A DNA stretch of 64,000 bases, taken from assembly GCA_017466375.1 (NCBI GenBank), contig JAFTUH010000040.1:15069-79068 (forward strand), read 5' to 3'. The first letter of the stretch is position 1; each line of letters opens with the position of its first letter. Positions 9,919 to 18,715 of this stretch are shown one piece after another. The stretch comes from Clostridia bacterium. GTDB taxonomy: Bacteria; Bacillota; Clostridia; Oscillospirales; CAG-272. The notes below the pieces were generated by a model. It did not search any database, had not been told where the DNA came from, and worked only from the letters and a program-made list of their open reading frames with translations. Position numbers and translations under genes: made by a program.

Positions 9919-11433
9919 TTATCGTTTGCTTTGGCGCGCTGTCCATGCGGCACGCGCAATCTCTGCTTCGTCGAAGGGGAATTTCCCATCGGCGGTAATT
10001 TCATATGTTTCGTGTCCCTTGCCGGCAAACAGCAAAATCTCCCCTGCCCGTGCCTGCCCGACAGCATAGGCGATCGCCTCACGTCGGTCGGGAATCACGG
10101 TGTGCGGTCTCTCCCGATTCACACCGCGGAGAATATCCCTCAGAATTGATGCCGGATTCTCACTGCGGCTGTTATCCGCCGTCAGGATCACAAAATCGGC
10201 GAGGGAGGACGCGATACGCCCCATCACGGGACGCTTGCCCGGATCACGGTCACCGCCGCACCCGAACAAAAGAGTGATTTTCTGTCCCCTTCTGCGCACG
10301 TCACGCACCGTTCTCAGCAGTGTTTCGAGGGCGGCGGGGGTATGTGCGTAATCGATGAACAGGGTAAACGGCGCGCCCGGCAGATCCACCCGCTGCATCC
10401 GTCCGGCAACACCGCCGAAGGACGCAAGCGCATCCTGCACTGTCACGGGATCGACGGAAAGCATCCGCGCCGCTGTGATGGCAAGGAGTGTATTTTCGAC
10501 CGTAAAATGCCCGGGCACGGGGACGCGCACGCGGAACACCACGGTTTTTGCATAGTAAATGTAGGAGATTCCCTCCGCACCGTGCATACGGATTCGCATA
10601 GCGGCGGCATCCATATCGGGTGCATCCTCGGCATCCGTACCACACCTTATGAAGCGGCACGTCGGCGCAAGCTCCTCGAGTTCTTTTGCATACGGATCGC
10701 CTGCATTGACGATGCCGATCGGTGCAAGGGCAAACAGCCGCGCTTTCGCGGCGAGGTACCGCTCCAGCGTTCCATGATAATCGAGATGCTCTTCACTGAG
10801 ATTTGTGAAAACGGCAAGATCGATATGCATCGCGTCAAGCTTCCGCTGATCGAGCGCATGCGAGCTCGCCTCCAGAATGAGCACCTCCACCCCGTCATCC
10901 CGCATCTGCGCCGCCGCCCCGTAAAGATACTGCGGATCGGGCGTCGTCATCGCGGCAGGGGTATCAGACAGCTCACCGCCGCCGCCGAGATCGATCACGC
11001 GGTCAATGCTCTCGCATGACACCGTACCGATCATACCCGTTTTATACCCCGCCTCCTTCAGAATGGCGCGGAGCATATACGAGACGGACGTTTTTCCGTT
11101 CGTTCCCGTCACAGCGATCACGCGCATACCGCGCGTTGGATCCCCGTATCGGTTGTTCCAGATCAGCGCCGCGGCAAGACGTGTGTCCTGCACGGCAATA
11201 TACGGCACGCCGTCGGGGATACTCTCCCCCGCACGAATCACGGCGGCATAAGCACCGCGCGCCATCGCATCCGCAATATAGCGGTGTCCGTCACGGCGCG
11301 TACCGCTGAGGCAAATGAAAAGTGAATCCCTCCCCGCCAGGCGGGAATCGGAAACGATATCGGCAATCGCATGTGCCGTATCGGCAAAAACGGAAACGGT
11401 TTCGACTCCTGAAAGAAGCTCGGAAAGCTGCAT
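9919..11433 (-). CDS. murE: UDP-N-acetylmuramoyl-L-alanyl-D-glutamate--2,6-diaminopimelate (or lysine) ligase MurE
   Basis: Mur ligase P-loop VTGTNGKTSVSYM and C-terminal DNSRSENP motif. dcw context. Confidence 0.92.
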   Translation of the reverse strand: MQLSELLSGVETVSVFADTAHAIADIVSDSRLAGRDSLFICLSGTRRDGHRYIADAMARGAYAAVIRAGESIPDGVPYIAVQDTRLAAALIWNNRYGDPTRGMRVIAVTGTNGKTSVSYMLRAILKEAGYKTGMIGTVSCESIDRVIDLGGGGELSDTPAAMTTPDPQYLYGAAAQMRDDGVEVLILEASSHALDQRKLDAMHIDLAVFTNLSEEHLDYHGTLERYLAAKARLFALAPIGIVNAGDPYAKELEELAPTCRFIRCGTDAEDAPDMDAAAMRIRMHGAEGISYIYYAKTVVFRVRVPVPGHFTVENTLLAITAARMLSVDPVTVQDALASFGGVAGRMQRVDLPGAPFTLFIDYAHTPAALETLLRTVRDVRRRGQKITLLFGCGGDRDPGKRPVMGRIASSLADFVILTADNSRSENPASILRDILRGVNRERPHTVIPDRREAIAYAVGQARAGEILLFAGKGHETYEITADGKFPFDEAEIARAAWTARQSKR

Positions 11434-11480
11434 CGGTTACCTCCGGAAGTGTGATGGTATCTTTACACTTCCGGCACACG

Positions 11481-13841
11481 TCAGTCGTCGGTCAGACCGA
11501 GATGGCGCACCTCAATGGTGACAAGGGTTGCCTCAGGAACAACTTCTCCGGCGGCGGGCGACTGGCTGATGACCGTAGCGGTATCGCCGTTCGTTGCACC
11601 GGTGATAGAGACATTCAGCCCCGCATTCACAAGCAGTCGGTTCGCCGCTTCGGCGCTCTTTCCGACGAGATCGGGAACGGTGACTGTATTTTTCGGCGTT
11701 TCCTCACCCGTATACAGGATCAGTTTGCCGGTGTCCTTGAAAATCGTTTCGCCTGCGGCGGGGATCTGTGCCGTGATGCGGTCGCCGTCACCGACGATGG
11801 TATACTGAATGCCGCGCCAGCTGAGGTCGGAGACGGTTGCCTCCTTCGTCGCGCCGACGTAATTGGAGAGACTGACCTCGATCCGCTTCAGCTCATCCTC
11901 CGTATACTGCGCCTGCACGCCGAGATACGGAAGCACGAACGAAAGCAGCTTGGAGACATACGGTGCGGCAACAACGCTGCCGTACACGCTGCCCTTCATC
12001 GGCTCATCAACGACGATCAGAACCGCGATCTGCGGATCATCCGCGGGGGCATATGCCACGCAGGAGCCGAGACGGAACGACTTCTCGCCGTTCGCGTCAA
12101 ATTTATCCCGTTTCTCCGACGTACCGGTCTTTGCGGCTACCTTGTAGCCCTTGACGTACGCATTTTTCGCGCCGCCGTTGCCGGATACACCGTCCTCGAG
12201 GATCCACGTGATCGTATCGCACGTTTCCGTGCTGACGACCTGCCGGCGTGTCTCCGTCTCGTAAGACTGGATCACGCTGCCGTCATCGTCCACAATCTCC
12301 TTGAGCAGATGCGGCGTGACGAGATAGCCGCCGTTTGCGACGGAGGCGATCGCCGTGATCTGCTGAATCGGCGTCGTCTTGAACGTCTGACCGAAGGCGT
12401 AAACGGCAAGAGATACGCCGCCGAAATTCTTATAGGAGCTGATGATAGACGGGCTCTCACCGGGCAGATCGATCCCCGTAACCGAGCCGTAGCCGAACGA
12501 ATTGAAATAGCGATAGAACGTATCGGTGCCGAGTCTTTGTGCAAGCATCATCATGGTCGGGTTGCACGACTGCTGCAGCATCTGATAAAACGGCATAACG
12601 CCGTGTCCGCCTCGTTTGTGACAGCTGACATCGCCGTATCCCTTCACGAAATATTCACCCGTACAGGTGAAGGATTCGTTGAGGTCGGTAATCTTCCCTT
12701 CCTCCAATCCCATCGCGGTGGTGAGGATTTTGAACGTCGATCCCGGCTCGTACAGCTCGGTGACCGCTTTGTTCTTCCACATCGTGTAGAGGAGATTCAT
12801 CCGCGTCTCGGCGTACTCCTCCGATTCGGGATCCAGCAGGGCAAGCTTTGCCGCGCTCTCCTCATCGAGCACGTACGGCTGGTTCAGATCAAACGGCGGA
12901 TACGTAGCCATACCGAGGACTCCGCCTGTGTTGACATCCATGACGATACCCGTCACACGGTTGCCGGCGGCGGATTCGTAATACGTTGCCTTCAGTTGAT
13001 TTTCCAGCTCGTACTGGATGTACATATCAATCGTCGTGACGATATTGTATCCGTTTTCCGCCTCGACGTAGCTTTCGTAATCAAACGGCATATCTTTGTT
13101 GTGCGCGTCCTGCGCCTTGATGTACCGTCCGGACGTTCCTTCCATAATATTATTATAGTAGGCTTCCAGTCCGTATATGCCCTCGCCGTCCACGTTCGTA
13201 AAGCCGATCGTATGGGACGCGAGCGTATCGTAGGGATAATAGCGAATCGAGGACGCACGGAGGTAGATCATGCGGTTAAAGCCGTGCTCGGCGATGAACG
13301 CACGCACGCGGTCGGCGGTCGCCTCATCCACGTTTTTCTTGATAACCTCATACCGTCGGCCGTTCTTTGCCGCCTTCTCGATAACGGTATCGTAATCCAC
13401 GTTCAGAATGTCGGACAGCGCACGGGCGATCAGCTGATTCATCGGAATATCCGTGTAGGACGTTCCGTCGGCATCCGCCCACGTAAACAGAGCGTCTTCT
13501 TTATTCTCGGCGGCGTCCAGCTCCGCCATTGTGTCGATAATATCCTGCGGCGAGATAAACACCAGATACACCGTAGCGTTCGTTGCCAGAATATTTCCGT
13601 TCGTATCGTAAATATTGCCTCGCTCCGGATTGACCTCCGTCTCATAGGTAAGCTGATCCATCACCGCCTTGCGGTAATAATCGTGCTGGAGGATCTGCAG
13701 CCGAAAGAGCGCGACTATAAGAAAGAATGCAAATACGACAAGTAAGATCCCGAAAAGGATTACGCGGACCACCGTTCCGCGGTCGATCCTTTTTACGTCA
13801 GACAATACAGTTCCCCTCCCGCCATTTTCCGGCTTTTTCAT
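11481..13841 (-). CDS. class B penicillin-binding protein (FtsI/SpoVD type) with two C-terminal PASTA domains
   Basis: N-terminal TM; transpeptidase motifs STFK (EPGSTFKIL), SCN and KTGT; two PASTA-like repeats at the C-terminus (VTVPDLVGKSAEAANRLLVNAGLNV). Confidence 0.9.
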   Translation of the reverse strand: MKKPENGGRGTVLSDVKRIDRGTVVRVILFGILLVVFAFFLIVALFRLQILQHDYYRKAVMDQLTYETEVNPERGNIYDTNGNILATNATVYLVFISPQDIIDTMAELDAAENKEDALFTWADADGTSYTDIPMNQLIARALSDILNVDYDTVIEKAAKNGRRYEVIKKNVDEATADRVRAFIAEHGFNRMIYLRASSIRYYPYDTLASHTIGFTNVDGEGIYGLEAYYNNIMEGTSGRYIKAQDAHNKDMPFDYESYVEAENGYNIVTTIDMYIQYELENQLKATYYESAAGNRVTGIVMDVNTGGVLGMATYPPFDLNQPYVLDEESAAKLALLDPESEEYAETRMNLLYTMWKNKAVTELYEPGSTFKILTTAMGLEEGKITDLNESFTCTGEYFVKGYGDVSCHKRGGHGVMPFYQMLQQSCNPTMMMLAQRLGTDTFYRYFNSFGYGSVTGIDLPGESPSIISSYKNFGGVSLAVYAFGQTFKTTPIQQITAIASVANGGYLVTPHLLKEIVDDDGSVIQSYETETRRQVVSTETCDTITWILEDGVSGNGGAKNAYVKGYKVAAKTGTSEKRDKFDANGEKSFRLGSCVAYAPADDPQIAVLIVVDEPMKGSVYGSVVAAPYVSKLLSFVLPYLGVQAQYTEDELKRIEVSLSNYVGATKEATVSDLSWRGIQYTIVGDGDRITAQIPAAGETIFKDTGKLILYTGEETPKNTVTVPDLVGKSAEAANRLLVNAGLNVSITGATNGDTATVISQSPAAGEVVPEATLVTIEVRHLGLTDD

Positions 13842-14020
13842 ATGTAGCGAAAAAACGCAAGCACTCGGTTTTTACAGTCGGCACTTGCAGTTTTTCATTT
13901 TCTTCCATATATTATATGATTTTCCGTCCGCAAACATGCATGACGCACACAAAGCATAAATTTGCAAAACGCGGGAACGCCTTTCAGCGCACGCCCGCGT
14001 TGCGAACCGCTTGTCAGTGG

Positions 14021-14875
14021 TCAGTCGATGTACTCTCGGAGCTTCGCGAAATTCTCGGCAATTGCGGAAAGCATACCGGAGAACACGCTGTTCTCAACCT
14101 GCGCCTCATCCTCTGTCGGTGCGGAGATCTCCACCCGGTTGCCGCCCGAAACAGATACGAAGCGGTTTTCCACCAGATCGTTTTTCACCATGCCGATTTC
14201 GTTTACGGCGATATCCTCGATCACGCGGATATCGTCTCTCTCCTCAAGGCGGAGGTTCAGAATCTGCTCTTCCTGATCGATCGCATTGCACTCCGCTTCC
14301 AGCCGTGCAATCTCACCGGAAAGCTCATAGTTTTGTACAAATGCAAACAAAACAGAGAGAAGAATCACACCGAAAATCACTACCGAAACGAACGCTGCGA
14401 ACGGGAACGGTGCCTGTCCGACACGCACCTCCTGCAGCTTTACGTTTGCCTTTTTGTCACGGGCGGCGGCTTTAGCGGAACGATCACACTTCGCATCCGT
14501 GCCGAAACGGTTGACTGCCGTATTCGTCTTTACGGGCATCGGCTTGACAGTGTTTTTCTGTGCCGATTTATGTACGGGCGCCTTGGCTGCCGGACGGGAT
14601 GCGGTACTTGCCGCAGTCTTCTGTGCCGGCTGTTTTACTGCCGCGGTCTTCGGGGCGACCGTTTTCGGCGTCTCCGGGCGCTTCTCCGTCAGCGGATTCG
14701 GTGCATTTTCGTAAGGATCGAGACCGCGCTGTACACGGTCTACCATAACATACGTGCTCGGCGCTTTATACTGAACGGTTTTTGCAACACCGCGGGCAGC
14801 AAACTGCCGTTTCAGCTTATCACACAGCGGATTACCCGTGGGTGCGAAATTCTGATTTACGCCGTACGTTGTCAT
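14021..14875 (-). CDS. ftsL: FtsL/DivIC-like cell division protein with a long N-terminal extension
   Basis: One TM (FPFAAFVSVVIFGVILLSVLFAFV) followed by a coiled-coil-like segment (ELSGEIARLEAECNAIDQEEQILNLRLEE). Sits between rsmH and the PBP gene. RBS AAAAGGAGAG. Confidence 0.7.
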   Translation of the reverse strand: MTTYGVNQNFAPTGNPLCDKLKRQFAARGVAKTVQYKAPSTYVMVDRVQRGLDPYENAPNPLTEKRPETPKTVAPKTAAVKQPAQKTAASTASRPAAKAPVHKSAQKNTVKPMPVKTNTAVNRFGTDAKCDRSAKAAARDKKANVKLQEVRVGQAPFPFAAFVSVVIFGVILLSVLFAFVQNYELSGEIARLEAECNAIDQEEQILNLRLEERDDIRVIEDIAVNEIGMVKNDLVENRFVSVSGGNRVEISAPTEDEAQVENSVFSGMLSAIAENFAKLREYID

Positions 14876-14920
14876 GCTGTTCTCTCCTTTTAATTATTAT
14901 TTTATCGTGCGATGTCTCCG

Positions 14921-15859
14921 TCACAACTTCTCCGCACAGCGGAGCTTTGCACAATGTGACCGGGAATTCGCCTTAATCTCCTCCTCGGTGGGGAGGATCG
15001 GTTTTTTGCTGAGCAATCGGATCTTCGGGGTATTGCCGCATACACACACCGGAAAACTCGGCGGGCAGGTGCATCCGGAGGCAAGTGACGCGAACGTCTG
15101 CTTCGTGATACGGTCCTCCAGCGAGTGGAATGTGATCACTGCGGCACGTCCGCCGGGATTGAGCCGCGCTACCGCCGCCTCAATGGACGGAGCGATTACG
15201 GCAAGCTCGCCGTTGACTTCAATGCGGATCGCCTGAAACGCGCGGCGTGCCGGATGCTGATTCTCCTTATACCGTGCGGCGGCAGGAATTGCGTCGCGCA
15301 CGATTTCGGCAAGCTCAATCGTCGTTTCGATCGGTTTTGCTTCTCTCGCCTGCACGATAGCAGAGGCGATACGGGGTGCAAACTTTTCTTCTCCGTAATC
15401 GCGGAGAATACGGATGAGTTCCGATGCGGCGTATCCGTTGACGACATCTGCCGCCGTGATTCCTGCGGACTGATCCATGCGCATATCGAGCGGCGCTTCT
15501 GCCATATAGGAGAATCCGCGGTCCTTTTCGTCCAACTGATAGGAGGAGACACCGAGGTCCCACATCACGCCGTCGATTTTTTCGATGCCGAGCATATCAA
15601 GCACCGAGGATATTTCCGAGAAATTCGATTTGACCACCGTCACCCGATCGGAGAACGGGGCGAGCCGTGCCGAACACGCAGCAAGTGCCGCGTCATCCCG
15701 ATCCAGACAGATCAGGCGGCTTCCCGCAGGCAGTCTCGAAGCGATCTCATAGGAGTGACCGCCGCCGCCCGCCGTACAGTCCACGAAAACACCGCCGCGG
15801 ACAGGCTCAAGTGCCTCCATACATTCACGCGCAAGGACGGATACATGGGAGAATTCCAT
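14921..15859 (-). CDS. rsmH: 16S rRNA (cytosine1402-N4)-methyltransferase RsmH (MraW)
   Basis: Typical RsmH sequence (HVSVL..., FVDCTAGGGGHS). Second gene of the dcw cluster. Confidence 0.95.
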   Translation of the reverse strand: MEFSHVSVLARECMEALEPVRGGVFVDCTAGGGGHSYEIASRLPAGSRLICLDRDDAALAACSARLAPFSDRVTVVKSNFSEISSVLDMLGIEKIDGVMWDLGVSSYQLDEKDRGFSYMAEAPLDMRMDQSAGITAADVVNGYAASELIRILRDYGEEKFAPRIASAIVQAREAKPIETTIELAEIVRDAIPAAARYKENQHPARRAFQAIRIEVNGELAVIAPSIEAAVARLNPGGRAAVITFHSLEDRITKQTFASLASGCTCPPSFPVCVCGNTPKIRLLSKKPILPTEEEIKANSRSHCAKLRCAEKL

Positions 15860-15894
15860 ATTGGTTACCGTCCTTCACAATTTTTTTGGAACGA

Positions 15895-16314
15895 TCACAA
15901 GCCGAGGTTCATCATCTGCTGCAGGATGGACTCCGTCTTATCAACGCTGTTGATTTCGTTCCATCTCTCCTCCGACCAGATCTCAGCGTAGTTGAGATGC
16001 CCGACAATGACGGCACCCTTCTGGATATTGGCGTATGCAATCAGATCAGCGGGGATCAGAACGCGGCCCTGCGCGTCCGGCTGTACCTCAGCGGCTGTCG
16101 CACAAAGGTAGCGGATGATCTCTCTTGACTGGATAGCGGGAAGCTCGGAAAGCTTTGCCGTGTACTTTTCCCACTCTTCCATGGAGTAAACGGATAGACA
16201 CTTGTCTACATTGCACGTGATTACAAACGAATCGCCGAGTTGTTCACGGTGTTTCGCCGGAATAAAGAGTCTGTTCTTCGCATCAAGATTATGCGTGAAT
16301 TTTCCCATCAGCAT
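15895..16314 (-). CDS. mraZ: transcriptional regulator MraZ
   Basis: MLMGKFTHNLDAKNRLFIPAKHREQLG and a second SpoVT/AbrB-like repeat (DAQGRVLIPADL). First gene of the dcw cluster. Confidence 0.93.
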   Translation of the reverse strand: MLMGKFTHNLDAKNRLFIPAKHREQLGDSFVITCNVDKCLSVYSMEEWEKYTAKLSELPAIQSREIIRYLCATAAEVQPDAQGRVLIPADLIAYANIQKGAVIVGHLNYAEIWSEERWNEINSVDKTESILQQMMNLGL

Positions 16315-16354
16315 GTCTTCCGTTCCCCCTTTCGCCAGTTTCGCGCTCTACAAT

Positions 16355-16386
16355 CCACCACAATCGTGGGCGAGTGCGCCACTTTT
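16355..16386 (-). promoter_or_regulatory. GTGG-repeat region, candidate MraZ operator in the dcw leader
   Basis: Minus strand reads AAAAGTGGCGCACTCGCCCACGATTGTGGTGG, just downstream of the candidate -10. GTGG occurs at offsets 0 and +21/+24, with an inverted CCCAC in between. Confidence 0.2.
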
Positions 16387-16390
16387 CTTT

Positions 16391-16419
16391 ATTATAAACT
16401 TTTTTGAAGCAAAACACAA
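16391..16419 (-). promoter_or_regulatory. candidate dcw (mraZ) promoter
   Basis: Minus strand reads TTGTGT (16419-16414), a 17-nt spacer, then TATAAT (16396-16391), inside an AT-rich region about 80 nt upstream of mraZ. Confidence 0.4.
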
Positions 16420-16612
16420 GACCTTTTCAGAATATTTTTTGCATTTTTCTAAAATTTTTTTCGTATTTCTCTCCCGTCCCCGATATTTCCCGTTCCCTTG
16501 TCGGCTTTGTTTTTCATTTTTATCCAAAATTCCCTGTATTTGTATATTTTACATCCGCCGAAAGTCGACACAGAACATATGTTTTTGACAAATGCAGGGC
16601 TCCTTCCGGCGC

Positions 16613-16680
16613 GAAAAAACCGCTGTCCGTTTCGGACAGCGGTTTCATAAAAACAGGCGGCACATTACGCCGCCTGTTTG
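16613..16680 (-). terminator. two tandem rho-independent terminators after the MscS gene
   Basis: Hairpin 1: CAGGCGGC/GCCGCCTG (16654-16661/16670-16677), then TTTTTAT on the minus strand. Hairpin 2: CCGCTGTCC/GGACAGCGG (16620-16628/16634-16642), then TTTTTTC. Confidence 0.7.
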
Positions 16681-16685
16681 CAAAA

Positions 16686-17498
16686 TCAATTGTTCTTCAC
16701 ATGGACGTCGAGCTGATTGTACGGAATCTCGATGCCGGTCTTGTCAAAGGCAAGTTTGACAGATTCAATCACATCGAAATAGACCGTCCAATAATCCTCG
16801 TTCTTCGCCCAGGCGCGCGCTTTAATCTGCAAAGCCGATGCACCGTGCGCACCGATGCGAACGAACGGCTCGGGATCCGCAAGGACGAGCTCATGCGCCT
16901 CCAGAATTGTCATAACAACCTTTTTGGCCTTTTCAAAATCCGTCGCATACGAAATGGAAAATTCGAAATCAACACGGCGGGTATCCTTCTCGGAATAGTT
17001 GATAATCGTACCGCTTGAAAGCGCACCGTTCGGGATATGGACGACTTTATTGTCCACAGTCACGACATTTGTGTATGTAATATGGATGTCGGCAACCGTA
17101 CCCGAGATACCCTGTGCTTCGATAAAATCATCCACCTTAATGGGACGCGTGAGCAGGATCAACACACCGCCGGCGAGGTTGGAAAGCGCACCGTTGACAG
17201 CAAGACCGACGCATACACCAAGCGAAGCGATCAATGCGGTAATGCCGCTGGTATCGATGCCGAGATAGCCTACGAGGCAAACGCCGACAAGACATTTGGC
17301 AGCAATCTTGCCTACATAGACAAACGTCTTAAGCACCGTTTTATCGGCGTTCTTCTTCTCGCCGTCAGCGAGGATCTTTTTGCCCAACCAGTTGATCAGC
17401 TTGAATGAAACAAGCAGTACGATAGCGGAAACGAGCAGTTTCACACCTGTGCTGAGAGCCCAGGCAACAAGGGTGTCGAGAATTGCGGAAAGAGACAT
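16686..17498 (-). CDS. small-conductance mechanosensitive channel (MscS family)
   Basis: Three N-terminal TM helices followed by the MscS beta-domain pattern (GGVLILLTRPIKVDDFIE...GTVADI). RBS GGAGG. Confidence 0.9.
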   Translation of the reverse strand: MSLSAILDTLVAWALSTGVKLLVSAIVLLVSFKLINWLGKKILADGEKKNADKTVLKTFVYVGKIAAKCLVGVCLVGYLGIDTSGITALIASLGVCVGLAVNGALSNLAGGVLILLTRPIKVDDFIEAQGISGTVADIHITYTNVVTVDNKVVHIPNGALSSGTIINYSEKDTRRVDFEFSISYATDFEKAKKVVMTILEAHELVLADPEPFVRIGAHGASALQIKARAWAKNEDYWTVYFDVIESVKLAFDKTGIEIPYNQLDVHVKNN

Positions 17499-17540
17499 GG
17501 TATTATACCTCCAAAAAAAATTATCTTGTTTGCAGCGCGC

Positions 17541-18056
17541 TTACTCGTACCGTTCATCGAGGATCGCAAGAGCCGCTTCCGCGGCGCTTTCCGTCATGGA
17601 ATCCCCGATCGGACAGCCGTATTTGAGCAGTTCGCGGACATAAGTAGAGCTGACGCAAGCGATCTCGGGCGATGCCGGCAGGATGACCGTCTCCAGTTCG
17701 GGATCGAACCGCTTCATAATCGCCGCGAGCGAGTATTCGTAGTCGAAATCCGACGCACACCGTGCACCGCGCACGATGTACCGGATATCTCTTGCCGCCG
17801 CATACGTGGAAGACAGACCGACGCAGATCTCGGGACGCACGTTGGTGATCCCCTGCTCCGCCAGATCGCGGCAGGTCTCAATGAGGAGCGTCAGCCTCTC
17901 CTCGCAGGTGAACATGCCGCTCTCCTTCTCCCCGTTGGACATGACCACTACGTACACGAAATCAAACATCCGTGCCGCACGGGCGATCAGATCGGCATGA
18001 CCTTTCGTGACGGGATCAAAGCTGCCCGTCAGCATGGCAATCCGTTTGTTTTCCAT
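17541..18056 (-). CDS. coaD: phosphopantetheine adenylyltransferase CoaD
   Basis: GSFDPVTKGHADLI nucleotidyltransferase motif. Start moved to ATG 18056 (MENKRIAMLTG), preceded by GGAGGAGG, 2 nt after the rsmD stop. Confidence 0.93.
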   Translation of the reverse strand: MENKRIAMLTGSFDPVTKGHADLIARAARMFDFVYVVVMSNGEKESGMFTCEERLTLLIETCRDLAEQGITNVRPEICVGLSSTYAAARDIRYIVRGARCASDFDYEYSLAAIMKRFDPELETVILPASPEIACVSSTYVRELLKYGCPIGDSMTESAAEAALAILDERYE

Positions 18057-18058
18057 AT

Positions 18059-18703
18059 TTATGCCTCCTCCGCCGGGCGAAGCACGGTGATCCGCGCGCG
18101 TCCGTAAGACGTCGTACGCTCGACTGTATAGCATGCGGCGAGCGTCTCATCCCCGCCGAATACATCCTGCATGACGTAGGCAAGCTCGGCGTCGGCAATC
18201 TCTGCCTTCGTCATACGGCGGCGGGTAAGACGTGCATTTCCGTCGTCATCCGTCTCGCAGACGACAGCGGCACCGGGCGCCAGGATGCCCGCGTCAGCAA
18301 GCTTTGCGAGCACGTCCGGCAACAGCCCCTCCGCATACGGCGGATCGAGGAAGACAACATTGTACGTCTCCCGTCCCTGCGCACCGCGGATAAACGCCGT
18401 CCAATCCGCGCACGAGATACGGCAGCGTTCGAACAGGTGCGTCTTTTTCGCGTTTTCGATCATGACCGCGTTCGCCTCACGGGAGGCGTCGATCATCGTC
18501 GCACGTGCGGCGCCGCGGCTGAGTGCCTCCAGTGCCATCTGTCCCGATCCGGCAAACAGATCGAGCACGGCGCGCCCCTCCAGCTCAAACTGGAGCATGG
18601 AAAAAATCGCCTCTTTCACTCTTTCGGATGTCGGTCTGGTATTCTCGCCCTCAGGCGCGATCAGTTTCGTACCGCGGGCACTACCTGTGATAATTCGCAT
18701 CAT
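18059..18703 (-). CDS. rsmD: 16S rRNA (guanine966-N2)-methyltransferase RsmD
   Basis: RIITGSARGTKLIAPEGENTRPTSERVKEAIFSML and the SAM motif LDLFAGSGQMALEALSRGA. Conserved rsmD-coaD pair. Confidence 0.88.
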   Translation of the reverse strand: MMRIITGSARGTKLIAPEGENTRPTSERVKEAIFSMLQFELEGRAVLDLFAGSGQMALEALSRGAARATMIDASREANAVMIENAKKTHLFERCRISCADWTAFIRGAQGRETYNVVFLDPPYAEGLLPDVLAKLADAGILAPGAAVVCETDDDGNARLTRRRMTKAEIADAELAYVMQDVFGGDETLAACYTVERTTSYGRARITVLRPAEEA

Positions 18704-18715
18704 ATCGTAATCCTC

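Noticed and set aside
11322-13745. 807-aa ORF on the plus strand
   Set aside because: It lies entirely antisense to the well-supported class B PBP gene. The product is Arg/His/Gly-rich with no recognisable motifs and there is no RBS. This is the typical antisense open frame of GC-rich coding DNA.
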